NCBI GenBank assembly: GCA_013265495.1
Contig: MU058844.1
Span: forward strand, 3,787,895 to 3,851,894
Direction of reading: 5' to 3'
Origin: Vicugna vicugna
Taxonomy: Eukaryota
DNA length: 64,000 bases
Below, one piece after another: positions 63,010 to 64,000 of this stretch (the stretch's first letter is position 1; every line of letters begins with the position of its first letter). Both the position numbers and the translations under genes were made by a program. The notes beneath the pieces were generated by a model. The model ran no database searches. It saw nothing but the letters and a program-made list of their open reading frames with translations, and was not told the DNA's origin.

Positions 63010-64000
63010 ATTAATGAAATTTATATTCATGATCCTATCTCAAATGATTTGAAAGAGAGCACAGAATAAAGTATCCCCATAAAAATGGAAAGAAACAGAA
63101 AAAAAAAGAAAAAAATTAACAGAAAACATCAAAAAATTATTCACTAAACCAAATCCTTAAAAAGAGAAAAAACTAAACTAAAAAACTCAGAAACCTCTGG
63201 CAAGGTTGATCAAACAAAATAAAAGAGGCCAAAACATGAAAAGAGGGCTATAACCAGAGATACAGCAAAGATGACAAATAAGAGAATTAGATGAACAATT
63301 TGATCAGAGAAGATAGACGTTTAAGACAAATTTGTAGAACTCTTTGGCTAACACAACCATTTGTACAGAATGTAAATACCTAAAAGACACCATAAGGAAA
63401 TTGAAGCAGTAATTTAAAATCTACCCTAAGTTAAAACACCAGATTCAGATAGTCTTATGGGCAAGTTTTATCAAACAATGAAGGAACAAATGCTTTGATC
63501 TTACACTAAATATTGTAGAGAATACAAAATAAAAAAAAAGAGAAAACATCTTCCCTTAAATAATTCTAGAAGGCTAAGTTAACATTGGATAGCAAAACCT
63601 GACATGTACAGAAACAGAAAGAAAATTTATAGAGCCATCTTAATCATGAACATAAATTTTAAAATTCTATATATAATATTAGCAAAAAATATTAGGACTA
63701 TATTAAAAGCTTAATATATCTTGAACAATTTGGACTTATTCCAGCAATGCAAGTCTTGTTTAACATTTGAACGTCAGTTATTGTAATTTTTAATATAAAA
63801 AGTTTAAATGATTGGGATTAACATATACAATAATAAAATATATAACTTAATCACTTTGTATACTTGAAACTAACACAATATTGTAAATCAATTATACTTC
63901 AAGTCTAAAAAGCTTAAATGAAAAAAATTAGGTTATTATCTCAATAGAATCATAAAAATCTTTTGATAAAACTCAGTATCGGTTGATATAAACACCTAGT
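63010..64000 (+). mobile_element. Old L1 ORF2 (RT region) relic, runs off the window
   Basis: 'aaacaccagattcagatagtcttatgggcaagttttatcaaaca', 'aatttatagagccatcttaatcatgaacata', 'tctcaatagaatcataaaaatcttttgataaa' (ISIDAEKAFDK-like). Confidence 0.85.
63812..63905 (+). mobile_element. Short younger L1 3' tail nested in old L1
   Basis: TSD taaaaagtttaaatga (63796-63811) / taaaaagcttaaatga (63906-63921); 'gaaactaacacaatattgtaaatcaattatacttcaa'. Confidence 0.82.

Noticed and set aside
1..64000. Prokaryotic or phage systems (CRISPR arrays, operons, defence islands)
   Set aside because: The sequence is mammalian repeat-rich DNA with no long ORFs and no regularly spaced repeat-spacer array.

Overview
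Mammalian non-coding (intronic or intergenic) DNA: AT-rich, CpG-depleted and largely made of interspersed repeats. A tRNA-derived SINE of camelid Vic-1 type (50362-50502) and camelid-type L1 3' UTR fragments suggest a camelid (alpaca/llama/camel); this is an inference from repeat families. I recognise no protein-coding gene, true RNA gene or prokaryotic system, and the supplied short ORFs are mostly repeat-derived or random. The window holds ancient repeats (MIR, L2, CR1/L3), eutherian elements (old L1M, MLT1 and MER21 LTRs, MER5/MER53/MER63/MER94/MER44/Tigger2 DNA transposons), ERV1-class solo LTRs and young lineage-specific L1/SINE insertions with visible target-site duplications (TSDs). Points worth a second look are a twin-primed inverted L1, a poly(A)-only insertion scar, a nested repeat stack, a MER53 hairpin, a CArG-centred candidate muscle enhancer and several isolated exon-like segments, all unverified. 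I found no evidence of a new biological system. Repeat family names come from recalled consensus features, not from a search, and many boundaries are approximate.
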